Shown here one piece after another: positions 25,173-35,993 of a stretch of DNA of 64,000 nucleotides. A model generated the notes under the pieces. The model saw only the letters and a list, made by a program, of their open reading frames with translations, did not search any database and had not been told where the DNA came from. Origin of the DNA: Phallusia mammillata (Eukaryota). The stretch spans positions 16,988,001 to 17,052,000 of the forward strand of contig OZ281498.1 of the NCBI GenBank assembly GCA_965637545.1. The letters are read 5' to 3'. The translations under genes were made by a program, and so were the position numbers. Within the stretch, counting starts at the first letter, position 1, and each line of letters starts with the position of its first letter.

Positions 25173-28100
25173 ATTTTCTTTGACAACGAGATGAAAAAAA
25201 AGGTGGATAATTGCTTCAAAAAGTATAAAACAGAAATTGAAATGGTGTGTATGATTTTATTGTGAATTATTATCGCTTGCTAAGTTGTTTTTGCTTTTAT
25301 AGTATAACGAAAGACAAGGAAACGCCTTTCAGTTGACACACGATAATGCCAATAGAACAGCAACTGCAGAACTGCAGAATGATGCGGCATGCCAAAATCA
25401 CCGCAGAGTATGAGGTAACAAGAAAATGTGAAGTTTTTGTTTAGTGCTATATTATTATAAGTTACGTTGGGTAGATTGGTCAAATTTTCTCTTAACAGAT
25501 AAAAACAGGCAATAATTGTAAGACAACTCTTAACAGTAATAAATATTCTGAAAAGTGTAGTGTCTGCAAAACAGCAATAATAATTTTTTTTTTAAAACAC
25601 AGTTTATATGAATTGCTTTTTCCTGTGTAGTTGGCGTTTTCCACTGTCTTCCATATTAATGTTTTTTAGTTTTTTATCAGAAAAACCTGTTTTAAACAAA
25701 TGTGACGTGTGTGATTAGTGTACGCATTAACATAAGAAACAATTTGAATCAACAAGAATACTTACACTAGTGTAGAACTTATGTACGCTAAAACTAGCTA
25801 TAAAAAGTCAGTAAGATCCCTTCATTTCCCAACAAAATAGTTCTAACATTTTATAGATTTTAGATTTTCTTTGACAACGAGGTGAGAAAAATGCTTAATT
25901 GCTTTAATATTTATGTCTTGTGTATTTGTTTCATGACTTTCCCCCTAAGACCATATCTGAATGCAAATCATTTATTCTTTGGATAGTTGACGTAAGAAAG
26001 ACATACTTTTAGATTTTCTTTGACAACGAGATGAGAAAAAAGGTGGATAATTGCTTTAAAAAGTACAAAACAGAAATTGAAAAGGTGTGTGTGATTTTAA
26101 TGTGAATTACTATCTCTTGCTATAAGTTGTTTTTGCTTTTATAGTATAACGACAGACAAGGAAATGCCTTTCAGTTAAGGCACGAAACTTCTAAAGAAAG
26201 AGTAAATGCAGAGGTGCAGAATTATGCGGTTGGAGACATCGACATATATTTAAATCTTTTGCATGCCAAAATAACCGCAGAGTATGAGGTGACAAGAAAA
26301 TGTTAAGTTTTTGTTTAGTGCTATCTTATTATAAGTTACGTTGGGTAGATTAGTCAAAATTGCTCTGAATAGTAATAAACATGCAAACAATGTGAGATAA
26401 CTCTATAGAGTAATACGGCTAGATCACTCTTAGGAGTAATAAGTGTGCCAAAACGTGTTGTATCTGCAAAACAGCGCAGAAACATTTCAAAAAAGTGCAC
26501 AGATTATTTAAGTTGTTCTTTTCTGTTGTGTTATCTTTTACCACTCTGTTCCATTATTAAAGTATATTTTTAGATTACAACTGGACGCCATACCACAGCA
26601 GAGTTCGTAAAAAACTGGAATGAGGAAATCAAAAAGGTAAACATTATAAATATAAACTTTCCAAAAGACCTGAGATTTAGTATAAAATCACAATTTGTTG
26701 ATCAGCAAATTTTGTTTTAGCCGGAACAATGTACATTATGTATTTCACAATGCAAATAATGCTTAATTTGTGCGTGTAGCACGAGCTGGAGTTTCACCAA
26801 GCAAGGCTGAAACATGTCTTGTGGTTTTGAAGCATCTGTAGATTTACGTGCACGAAACACAAGTACCCACACGCTCAAAGGCACGTTTACTTTAACGCGC
26901 ACGGTTTTCTGTATGGGAAATAAATTTTTTTGCCAAGCCCGCAAATAGCTTAGCTTTATCACAATCTTATTAAATGTTGGATGGTCCGGGTGTATAATAT
27001 TTAATTTCATGTGGCATGTTCTTCAGTCTCCGTGTCGAGATATATTCTACACCGTGGTTCTTAACCTTTTTTTGACGCGACCCAAATACTTCCGAAAAGT
27101 TTGTTGTGTGTTTTTTCGCGACCCATGGACATGCATTCTTACTATTTTATGTGTATTTTGTGTGCAAATCAGGAAAGCTTTTCGAAGACAACACTAGTTT
27201 GGAAAGTTAAAAAATTAGGCAAATATTTTTCGTTTTTTCGACCAAACATTTCCATTTGTCCCAAACTTTAATACTGGTTTAAGGCATTATCAGCTGCATG
27301 GACAACGCAAACAGTGAGCAATCTCATAACTTGATGACGTCACAAACAGAATTAACCTTTATCACCCACCTTTGGGTCGCGAGCCACAGGTTGGGAAACA
27401 TTGTTCTACTAACACTACAACATAAATAACAAAACGACAAATTTTTCGCACTTAATGTCATTAATATGACAAACCCGACTGAATTTCCACCTTTCCCAAG
27501 AGTGTATGTGGCAATTCAACACAACTTTTCAACGATAGGTTTTAACAGTTGCGTAGCTGAAAATGCTCGGTTATTAAAAGGGAAAATTGTAAATAGAAAT
27601 AAAAACGCTTTTTGGCTTTTGTGCGCAGTGTCACAAACAACTAATCCTATTTTTTCATTAACAGAAAGGATCGTTCCTAAACTCTGAGGTTAAGCAGTAC
27701 TTTTTGGAAAAAGGGCCACTTTACAAGGAGCAACTTACTCAACAAATACAAGACGAAAATTCGCTGAGAGTGATTTTGGATGAATTAGAGAAGCTGCTTC
27801 GTGAGAGCTATCAAAACCAAATAAAAAGACGAAATAGGAACAAAATAATAGCTGCATGTGCTGCCGCTACTGCCGTTGGAGTGGCTGCTGCTGCACCTTT
27901 GGCAGCTGTGCCTGCTTTTGTTGCTTTCGCGGTTTCTGCAAAAATATCGACTGGAGTTGTTCTAGGCCTTGGGGCTGGTGGAATGGGAGCAAGTGGCGGA
28001 ATACTTAGTGGCTTGTTTGGTGGCACAGTGACCAAATATAAACTTTCAAAACAAGATGACACACCACCTGGCTTGGATGACGAGGAAAGTGACGAAAACC

Positions 28101-28189
28101 AAAATGCGTTGGATGATGATTTAAACGAAAACGGGAATATGTTACCATTAGATGAAAATAAGGGACAAATTCCTCTGCAGGATATGTAG
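25173..28189 (+). pseudogene. Duplicated 3' exon cassette of GTPase paralog 2 (stalk, membrane tail, acidic tail) with no GTPase domain of its own
   Basis: Exon copies start at 25173. The first 144-nt exon copy carries a 32-bp frameshifting deletion near 25387. The terminal ORF 27704-28189 is identical in the ORF track to 24082-24567. Confidence 0.85.
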
Positions 28190-28467
28190 CTACTTTTCAA
28201 AAATGTTTGAAATGTTGGCGCTTGTTTGGCTTAAACCGTTTTTTTGTCCATTTGACGTTTATTTCATATGTAACTTGGTAAAGCACGTAATCACTTTGTA
28301 ATCAAAACTCGAAAACTTGTCTGGCAATGAACCAAAAAATTAATTTTTCAAATTTCATTATTATTTGTATGATAGAGGTGACAATTTTTGTACAAATAAG
28401 TCGAATGTTATTAATTGCCATTTTTAAATATTAAACTTTGAACATGCTGTAACCTGTAGACTTTGGA

Positions 28468-28808
28468 CCCACACAGAATGGGAACTAAAGTCAAACAATC
28501 TTGGTGTCGCATTTGGATGACAAAGAACATTTTCTAAAACGGCAAGCACGTGCTGGTCCAACAGGGGTTTGCCTTGGAAAAGCATGCAGTCTTATTAAAA
28601 AGCAAACAAGAAAAAAAGGAAAGCGCAAAACTTTGACGTAGAAAAGCTATAAAATCAGTTAACAGTAAGGTTAGCTTCTGTCTGACAGGTAATATACATT
28701 GCATCAATAAAACGCAAAACTCAAAAATCCACTCATTCACACGATGGCAGTAAAGATCCGCTTTTACACAGTGTTGCCAGAATTATTTTGGTGACCTCGA
28801 AATTTAGA
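28468..28808 (-). pseudogene. Second copy of the decayed hydrophobic-protein remnant (paralog of 15793-16112)
   Basis: FEVTKIILATLCKSGSLLPSCE and IDAMYITCQTEANLTVN*FY, with several stops. Confidence 0.5.
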
Positions 28809-29871
28809 AAAAAAATTAAAAAGGAAAAAATTAAAAAGCTAACATCGATTTTCGGCGTACACCGTTTCATAACTTTTCTCTTGTCCTGTCCAATGCCGAC
28901 AAAGAAAAATCATTCACCAAATATTTTCGACATAATTCTTAGCACAGGTTCTTGCTTCTACATATTTTTTATAGTTTTAGAAGTAACCTATATCTCTAGT
29001 CGGTGTCATAGGCCGCAGAAAAGTATATAAATGCTGCAATCTGTTTTGGAAAAAGCATAGTACACGGTTTGTAATACGCCTGAAAGAGCATTTGCAATCC
29101 ATTTAAGGCTCTTCTGTCCAATGCATTTTTACGATGCCTCAAGGTATCTTTTTCTATCGTAGCCATCCTATACATTGACATGAACTCTCTTTATTGCTCA
29201 CCACAATGTTATTCGCTTAGACATGGACTGATATTAAATAACATTATCCATAGGTTTGCTTTCGTTCATATTCAAAACAAATACTTTAAACTGGTGCAAA
29301 CTACAACTTCAAATTTTAATAACCCACATTTTTAACTCTGCGACAAAAACAATTGACATTTTATTTTATTTGTGCAATACCCATGTGTGTAATTAACTTA
29401 ACACATGGATTTCAATCTTGCCATATTTTAAGTTTGGAGAGTATTACCTTGCTTTATTCACCAATCAATCTTTTTGTGTGCTAGCTGAAGCTAATTATTG
29501 CCCTGGGAAATTTTAAAACATTCGTGAACAACTAATTCTATTGCGCTGGTTGCTAATAATGCCATGCTTATACTAAACAAATTCTGGTGTTGTTTGTAAA
29601 AGAAGTTTCGTGGTCATTTTCTGGTTTAAATTAATACTGCTAACATCATGGCAACAAAACACAATTTATTTTACACCTCAACAAGCACAACAGGAACGTA
29701 AACATGGATGTGGGGATATATTTTTGTGGCCTTTAACACAAGTATTTTAAGTAAGTGTAATAACTGATTTTTAGTTTAAAGATCTTGCAATTTAACGAAT
29801 ATAAAAGATTTTACGTAAATTTGAAACACAGAGAACTCTCTCGAACATGCATATATGGCACTAGTTCAATT

Positions 29872-30005
29872 TTTGGCTGTTTTTTTACGAGGTGGTGAAA
29901 AACGCTGAGAAGATATGATTTTCTTACTTTGGTTGAGCTAAAAAAATGAGTATGGTAATAGGGACATTGCGTAGCTCTGCGGGCTTTATCATATCGAATT
30001 GTAAA
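29872..30005 (-). pseudogene. Decayed first coding exon of a third GTPase paralog
   Basis: KPAELRNVPITI and, after a frameshift, STKVRKSYLLSVFHHLVKKQP match paralog 1 KPELQNVPIVI...PTKSGKSYLLNVFHHLMRDQP. The P-loop glycines are lost. Confidence 0.8.
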
Positions 30006-30163
30006 CAAACGTTTACAGTAGTCTTAAATTGATGGATCTCAATACCTTGCGCCACACGAAGTCAAATTCTTTCCATATACGTTAACAACATTGTCTGTAA
30101 AACTAAACATTTTCCTAATATTCTGGCCAAAAGTGTAACGTTATTCTTCGTAATATCCCAGCA

Positions 30164-30390
30164 CAGCGGTCGGCAACCGCCGGGCCGCGGCCCAGTGCCG
30201 GTCAGCGATGAGTTCATTACCGGGCCGTATGATTTTCAGGTTAAATGCTTTAAAACATTTTCTCGTGGATTCTGGGGATATTAAACTAATACAAGCGTTT
30301 TAATTGCCAAATATTTGTTTTGTTCTAAGTCGGTCCGCGATAAAACTTTCAAGAAACGGACCGCAGTGCAAAAAAAATTGCCGACCCCTG
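30164..30390. mobile_element. hAT-type MITE
   Basis: Ends CAGCGGTCGGCAACC / TTGCCGACCCCTG; TSD TCCCAGCA / TCCCAACA. Confidence 0.85.
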
Positions 30391-30721
30391 TCCCAACACA
30401 TAAAAACAAACAACATTCATGCAGACAGTTGTAAACTTTATTAGGTTAATTATTAAATCGATTGGAGATGGCGTAATGCTGCGACAAAACTTTCGCTTGT
30501 TTGCTGAACAACAAAAATTTACGTTTTTTACGGAAATGATAAATATACGTTTGAGTGCATTGTGAAACACTTTGCTGTTGTGCAGTCGTTAGTTAGTGTA
30601 ATTTTGGCACACAAAGCACAAGTTCAACAAACAACTAAAAGAAACAACAACAAACTAACGCAAAATGAGCATAACAGTAAGCTTAATTTGACTAAATAAG
30701 AAGGATATAGTAAAATAAATA

Positions 30722-33700
30722 TTATTTCTTTTTCTTCTTTTTTCCTTTCTTGCCCTTTTTCCCGCCCTTAGCTCCTCCAGGCCACCCGAATCCTCTCTTT
30801 TCTAAACAATCCGGAGCGTGGTGGCATATGTAGTAAGCGTTGTACATCGCTGCAGGACTCAGAATGTCGATCTACGGGACAAAATCGCAGTGCTATTTAA
30901 TAGAAAACTACTTTTTTGGTTTCCTATAGTATGTGTGCTAAACAGGGTCGCCATTAACCTTTTTTGTACTACGGACCGTATTTGAAACCTAAATTTTTTT
31001 TTGCGGACCGGCCTTCAAAATTACAAATATTCAACGATGAAAACGCCTAAATTGGTTTATCGTTACCAGGATATATCGGCAAAATGTTTTCAAGCATTTA
31101 ACCTGAAAAAGTATACGGCCCGGTAACGAACTCGATCCTCGTGGACTGGCACCTGGTCGCGGGCCGGCGGTTGGTCCACACTGCTAACCCAGTCTGCAGA
31201 GTATGGCAGCTGCACGCGGGAGTTGTTTTTTCAAAAAAAATTTTCCACGCCATTTTTTCGTTACTGCACGCGGAATTTTTTTTTTGCACGCCAATGTTTA
31301 AACAGAAAACAATGAATGAAAAACTGCTGTAGTAACGGAATGCGCAAGCATCAACAGACAGGTTGTTATATTCACGGTAAGTAGGGTGTTTTCATACTGA
31401 TTCAGGATAAAATAAACGGAAACGAATGAATTGAAAAACACTAACAAAAATAGAAGGAACACGAATAAACAAAAACACGTTACGTAACGAAAGTCAAATT
31501 GGAAATGTTAATCTTGATCATTAATTATAAAACTCGAAGCTCGTTGACCTAATCGTGAAAGGACCTTGCTATCAGTGTAATGTGCTCGACCTCTGTCATC
31601 AATAAATATAGGCACCTGGTGGCTGGGCAATTTGTATTCGTCACATCCGTCGAGGTAGAGTGCTGCCATCTCTTTTAATGTGTTTCTGCATTGAATAGGC
31701 ATTGGGTACACCCAATCAACGTCTGTCCGCCGGACAAGAGTGTCGTTTGCTTGACCTCCGGTTTTTAATTGACTTTTCATTACTAGTAGTAGTGAGTAGT
31801 ATGATTCAACGACTGCCGCGGACCCACCCATTGCCAAGGCGACATCGAGAGCAATGCAAAACTCTTTACCGGCAGCTGTAAACAGTTCCTCGTTTGTATA
31901 GAAGCTTTGGTAAACAGCAAGTTCATTTAGAGCTGCGAGACAGATACCATCTTCAAATGTAAATTTGTAGCTATCTTCCAAATCCATTTCTGAACAAGAA
32001 ACTTCGAATCGAAGCAGTTTTGATGACCCAATGCCACCCACTTCTAAATCAAACCATTCGTTTCTACATTGAGCAAAGTTTTCCCAAACAACTCGAAAAA
32101 TAATTTGCTTAAATACACTTAAAACTCTTTGAGCGTAAACAGGATGTAAATTGAGAGACGGACTTGTCCCGCATAAAACCTTCTCGTGATTCAGAGAGCA
32201 CACGTACTTGAAAAACTTGGCAAAGCTATCATTTCCATGGTTTTCCAGTCTAGCCCTTTCCCCCGTGGTGAACTGATGAACATTTCCAGTAACCAAACGC
32301 AAAATGTCTGGCAAGTACAGACAATCGGCCAAAATGTCAGCTGCTGCCGGCACGCATTTCGTCATGCGTGCGTCCAGTCGATTTTGCAAAGCATCACATA
32401 AGCCAATTAAATCAGTCAAGCAATCGTCAGGTTGTCGCATCTTCCATTCAATTACCTTCCTTTTGACAGACCCGGTGGTAATTTCTTCATTGTTTGGACA
32501 AACAACCCAACCATCTTCCAACTTGATGTTGCAGAACTTTCCTTCCTCGGAACATATGTCGTTAAAGTGCTGGTAAAGTTTAGGAAACAACGTGTTTTCT
32601 AGACAGAGTGATTTTTCTTCAACCTGTTTGGACAGGTTTAATTTCATTCTTTGAATTATTGCTTTTAATTTTGGCCACCATTTCGTTATGTGCCACAAAT
32701 TTTGATTCAAACTTTGTGACTTAATCATAATCTTGATGATGGGAGCAAGACAATCTAGCACACCACAAAGATCAATGCAAAAATCACGTCCCTTGATGAG
32801 GTATTTCATCTCCTCACATTCATCAGCAGTTTCACGATTTTCCTCAAATGCACGGATCAAAGCCTCGTAACTGGTGTATATGCTGCTAAATTGTTCGTTA
32901 GCGCTACTTGTAAACCTAGTTGTTGCGTACGTTTTTGCAACATGACCCTTTAAGTCGTAACGCTGTTTAGTGGTTTGGTACTCAGCGGCTCCTTTTCCTC
33001 TGCCAAACATTATGTTGAACTTGTTTGACCGCTTTATTAATCGATCAAAAAAACCTTTACAGTCCTTGTTTTTTATGTCCTCAAAGGGCACAATCCATCC
33101 AGTGGGCCGTGTCCCAAGCAACGACGAAAAAAGTTTCGTGGTACTCGGGTCAGCAGGCATCGTGATAAACCTGTTGCTTTAAAGTCGATTCAAACTGCCT
33201 GACTTGACACTGTCCATCAGCATGATGTGCTACTAAGTACGTCAGTTGCTGCTGCTGCAGCTGAACAGAGGTTCCGCACAACGCCTCCGATATCTGACGA
33301 GCTAAATGAGAAGCAGTACCGCCTTCGACCATACTTTCCTCTGCAAACTGGTATACAGTAGGGGCGTCGATAGGTATAGAAATTTTCTTTCCCTTAAAGC
33401 GCACTAGTATCATAATAGCATGGTTTGTGACGCGGTTTGGTGTAGACCTATCGGATGCTGTAGCAAAATGTGGCATTAGAGCGGTTGATGCGAGTGGTGT
33501 CGTTAAAAGTTCTTTTGTTTTACGACTCAGGTGGACTTGAAAGACGTTTAGCATTTGATTAAACTGATTCCTGCCATGACCTATGTTGCCAACGTCAGAG
33601 CCACAGCAATGCAGAAATGCAATCATTGATTCATAATGAAGTGTTGCAGCTTTAACTTTTACCAACAAGAGAGCATAGCTTAGTTAATTGGCCACCACTT

Positions 33701-35993
33701 CCGTTAACCTCCCTCTTACACGATTCTTCTTTTTCTTCCAAACTAAAGCCTTGTAGTGGCCTAAACCCCCATTTCGTTTGGACGCACAACTCGCGTGCTT
33801 AACCAGCATGCTTTTGAAGCTGTACCAGGTTTGGTTGCGTCCTGCAACTATGTTCTTTAAGCGTTCAGCGCTTATATCCAGACCGGAAGACAAAGAATTT
33901 CCAGCTGTTTTGTCAATATTCATCAAAGATATTTTGGCTAACAAAGGTTCCTTGACCTTTTTGATATATGGATGGTCCTCGCACAAATGTTGAAAACAAA
34001 CTTCGCACCTTACCATTGCACCATCATCATTTACATAAAATTCAAATCCGGATCCTTTTATTTCGTGCAAACATGTTGCATCTTCAAGAACTTTCAAGTT
34101 GTTCGCATCCTCGGTTGTGTTTGGTAGTTTTACGTCCTCTTTGGAAATTTTCATTTTTTTACCAACTGATCAAGTTTGTCGCTTATTTGACGCATAAGAA
34201 CATCCTGTCCAAACGATGTGCTTGCAGCAGAAGGTTCACGGTCGCTTTCTACGGGAAATCCCAGGGTAGATTGAATCGTTGCTGTTTGCAGGGAAGCGGA
34301 CGGTGTTGATAGTGCACTAGTTGTCACCGACTCAGTCGTATTTGCCGTCTGAGATACATTACTATCAGCTCCTTCTGTAATTGACATGGAAGAAGATGCG
34401 ACATCTTCCGTGTCCGTTTCTTCGAATCGTGGTGTTTGTATTGCCTTTCTTGCTTCGACCGCTTTAATATGGTCGTTTTGTACTATGAACTTTTTGGGGT
34501 CATACATTGCGTTATTTTTGTGCACGGATTCCGCGTGTCTCTTTCGCGAGGCAGGGTTACCGCGAGAAATGGTCTTGTTACATTTTAAACAAAAATGAAA
34601 GTCCTCTTGTGTTCGTTTTGCGCTGGACTTTACTGAAGCAGGTTTGCTGCCGGACTTCCCATAATGAAACGAAGACAGAAACGTTTGTTTTTCAGATGAA
34701 GGTGACTTGCTTGGCGATGACATACTGAAATTTGCTTGATAATAATCATATAAAGGTAGCCTGCAGAATAATTAAACCCAAAAGATAATTGCTGCATTTA
34801 ACTGCTACTTAATTCGTATTTTTATTTTGCACTATAAGCCTATAATGGTGTATTTAAAAACCGCGCAGACTTGACAACATTAACTGCAATTCAACTGATG
34901 CATTGACTTATTTAAATTAGATTACTGTAATATTAACCTGCACTTAACAACTAAGTTGCACTGTTTGCAGAAAATTGAGCTTTGTCATTTAAACAACGGC
35001 TATATTTTAGACACAATGGCTGCATCTGACGTTAATAAACTCTAGAAGCCAGCAATGACTATGTTGGGACTTTACAGACCAATGCAACCACATACTGTGA
35101 ATCTTCTTCGACGTTTTTGTCACTTCGGTGCAGCGGGAGTTGTTTTCGTTATCAGAGCAGTTATTGAAACCTTGCACTTTTCCGATAGGAGATGTCTTCA
35201 TCAGCACATCAGCACAGTCATTAAAAAATCCATTCTAGGGCAGTGCACTAAACCATTGGCACTTGAACATTTTTTTGTTCTGAATAAGCGTTTTAAAAAT
35301 GACAAACACGATACCGTGTTTATTTGATTGTGCGCATAAAGTGTTTTACCCTGCCGTTTGTGCGGCTTACAATCGAGCGCAATTTGTTGACACATAGTTT
35401 TATGTAGCAATATATTAGTGTTACAAATGCGACTGACAATCGGGGCATGCGAGTAGATACGGTAGCCTACTCACAACATACCTTAAGTTGTGCACAAGTA
35501 AGTGTGAAAATAGCAATCGGTACTTTTTGCTAGAAAAGGAAATTTTATTGAAGGGATTTGACCCAGAAGGGTTTAGTTATGCTTGTTTCGTTACTACTTT
35601 GCAAGGAGTTAATTTATCGTTTGCACGCGGTAAAAGTGGATTTGCACGCGGGCTTGTTGTTGTTGCACGCGGTTTTGGAGGTCCTGCACGCGCGAGATCT
35701 CGTCGGGAACTGCCATACTCTGCAAACTGGCTGCTAACCACAGATTTTACTCATACAGGTAAATAATCGCGGGAAATAGATATTGCCATGCACCTCTGGC
35801 ATTGGGAGTTAAAAGTCAACAAATACTGGGCAATATTTACCTCAACTTCCGATTTTCCTGGTCCCAGTGGCGAGGCGCTTCTTGATTTGGCCGAGGACGA
35901 TTTCTTCTTTTTTGATTTAGGCCCTCGACTGGAACTTCGACCTTTGCGACCTTGACCTTTCAACTTTGGACTTTTCGTTCCTTTTCGTGCAGG
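30722..35993 (-). CDS. SMKR1: Small lysine-rich protein 1-like. Coding exons 35993-35841 and 30871-30722; the ATG lies in an unlocated upstream exon
   Basis: Spliced phase-0 join gives KSEVE|[42 protein letters not shown]..., matching my recollection of human SMKR1 [33 protein letters not shown]. Both exons have canonical AG/GT ends. Confidence 0.88.
30943..31180. mobile_element. Degenerate hAT-type MITE (reverse orientation of the 30164 family) in the SMKR1 intron
   Basis: Internal segments are the reverse complement of the 20330 and 30164 elements (CGGACCGG, CGGCCCGGTAA, GCGGGCCGGCGG). The TIRs are eroded. Confidence 0.65.
31189..35730 (-). mobile_element. 4.5-kb hAT-superfamily DNA transposon in the SMKR1 intron
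   Basis: 21-bp TIRs CCAGT(C/T)TGCAGAGTATGGCAG; perfect 8-bp TSD CTGCTAAC (31181-31188 and 35731-35738); subterminal TGCACGCG repeats at both ends. Confidence 0.95.
31508..34723 (-). pseudogene. hAT-like transposase, ~1070 codons, disrupted by 2 stops and 2 frameshifts
   Basis: BED-like finger CLKC...HAESVH, a second CEVC finger, putative catalytic ASDRST / HADG / VVESYYS residues, and WDTAHW (33116-33099) in the frame of the upstream ORF. Stops at 33684-33686 and 33150-33152; frameshifts near 34155 and 33084. Confidence 0.85.

Larger units (their letters stand above)
21175..28445 (+). repeat. Near-identical tandem segmental duplication: 21175-24823 and 24829-28445
   Basis: Offset is 3654 bp before and 3622 bp after a 32-bp deletion in copy 2. 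A 5-nt filler AATTA sits at the junction. Only a few substitutions were seen. Confidence 0.96.

Noticed and set aside
28468-28808. NUMT (TGA at positions where the paralog has TGG)
   Set aside because: No resemblance to any mitochondrial protein I recognise, and TAA stops are also present.
32186-34728. Plus-strand ORFs inside the transposon
   Set aside because: Antisense to the transposase, with no motifs.
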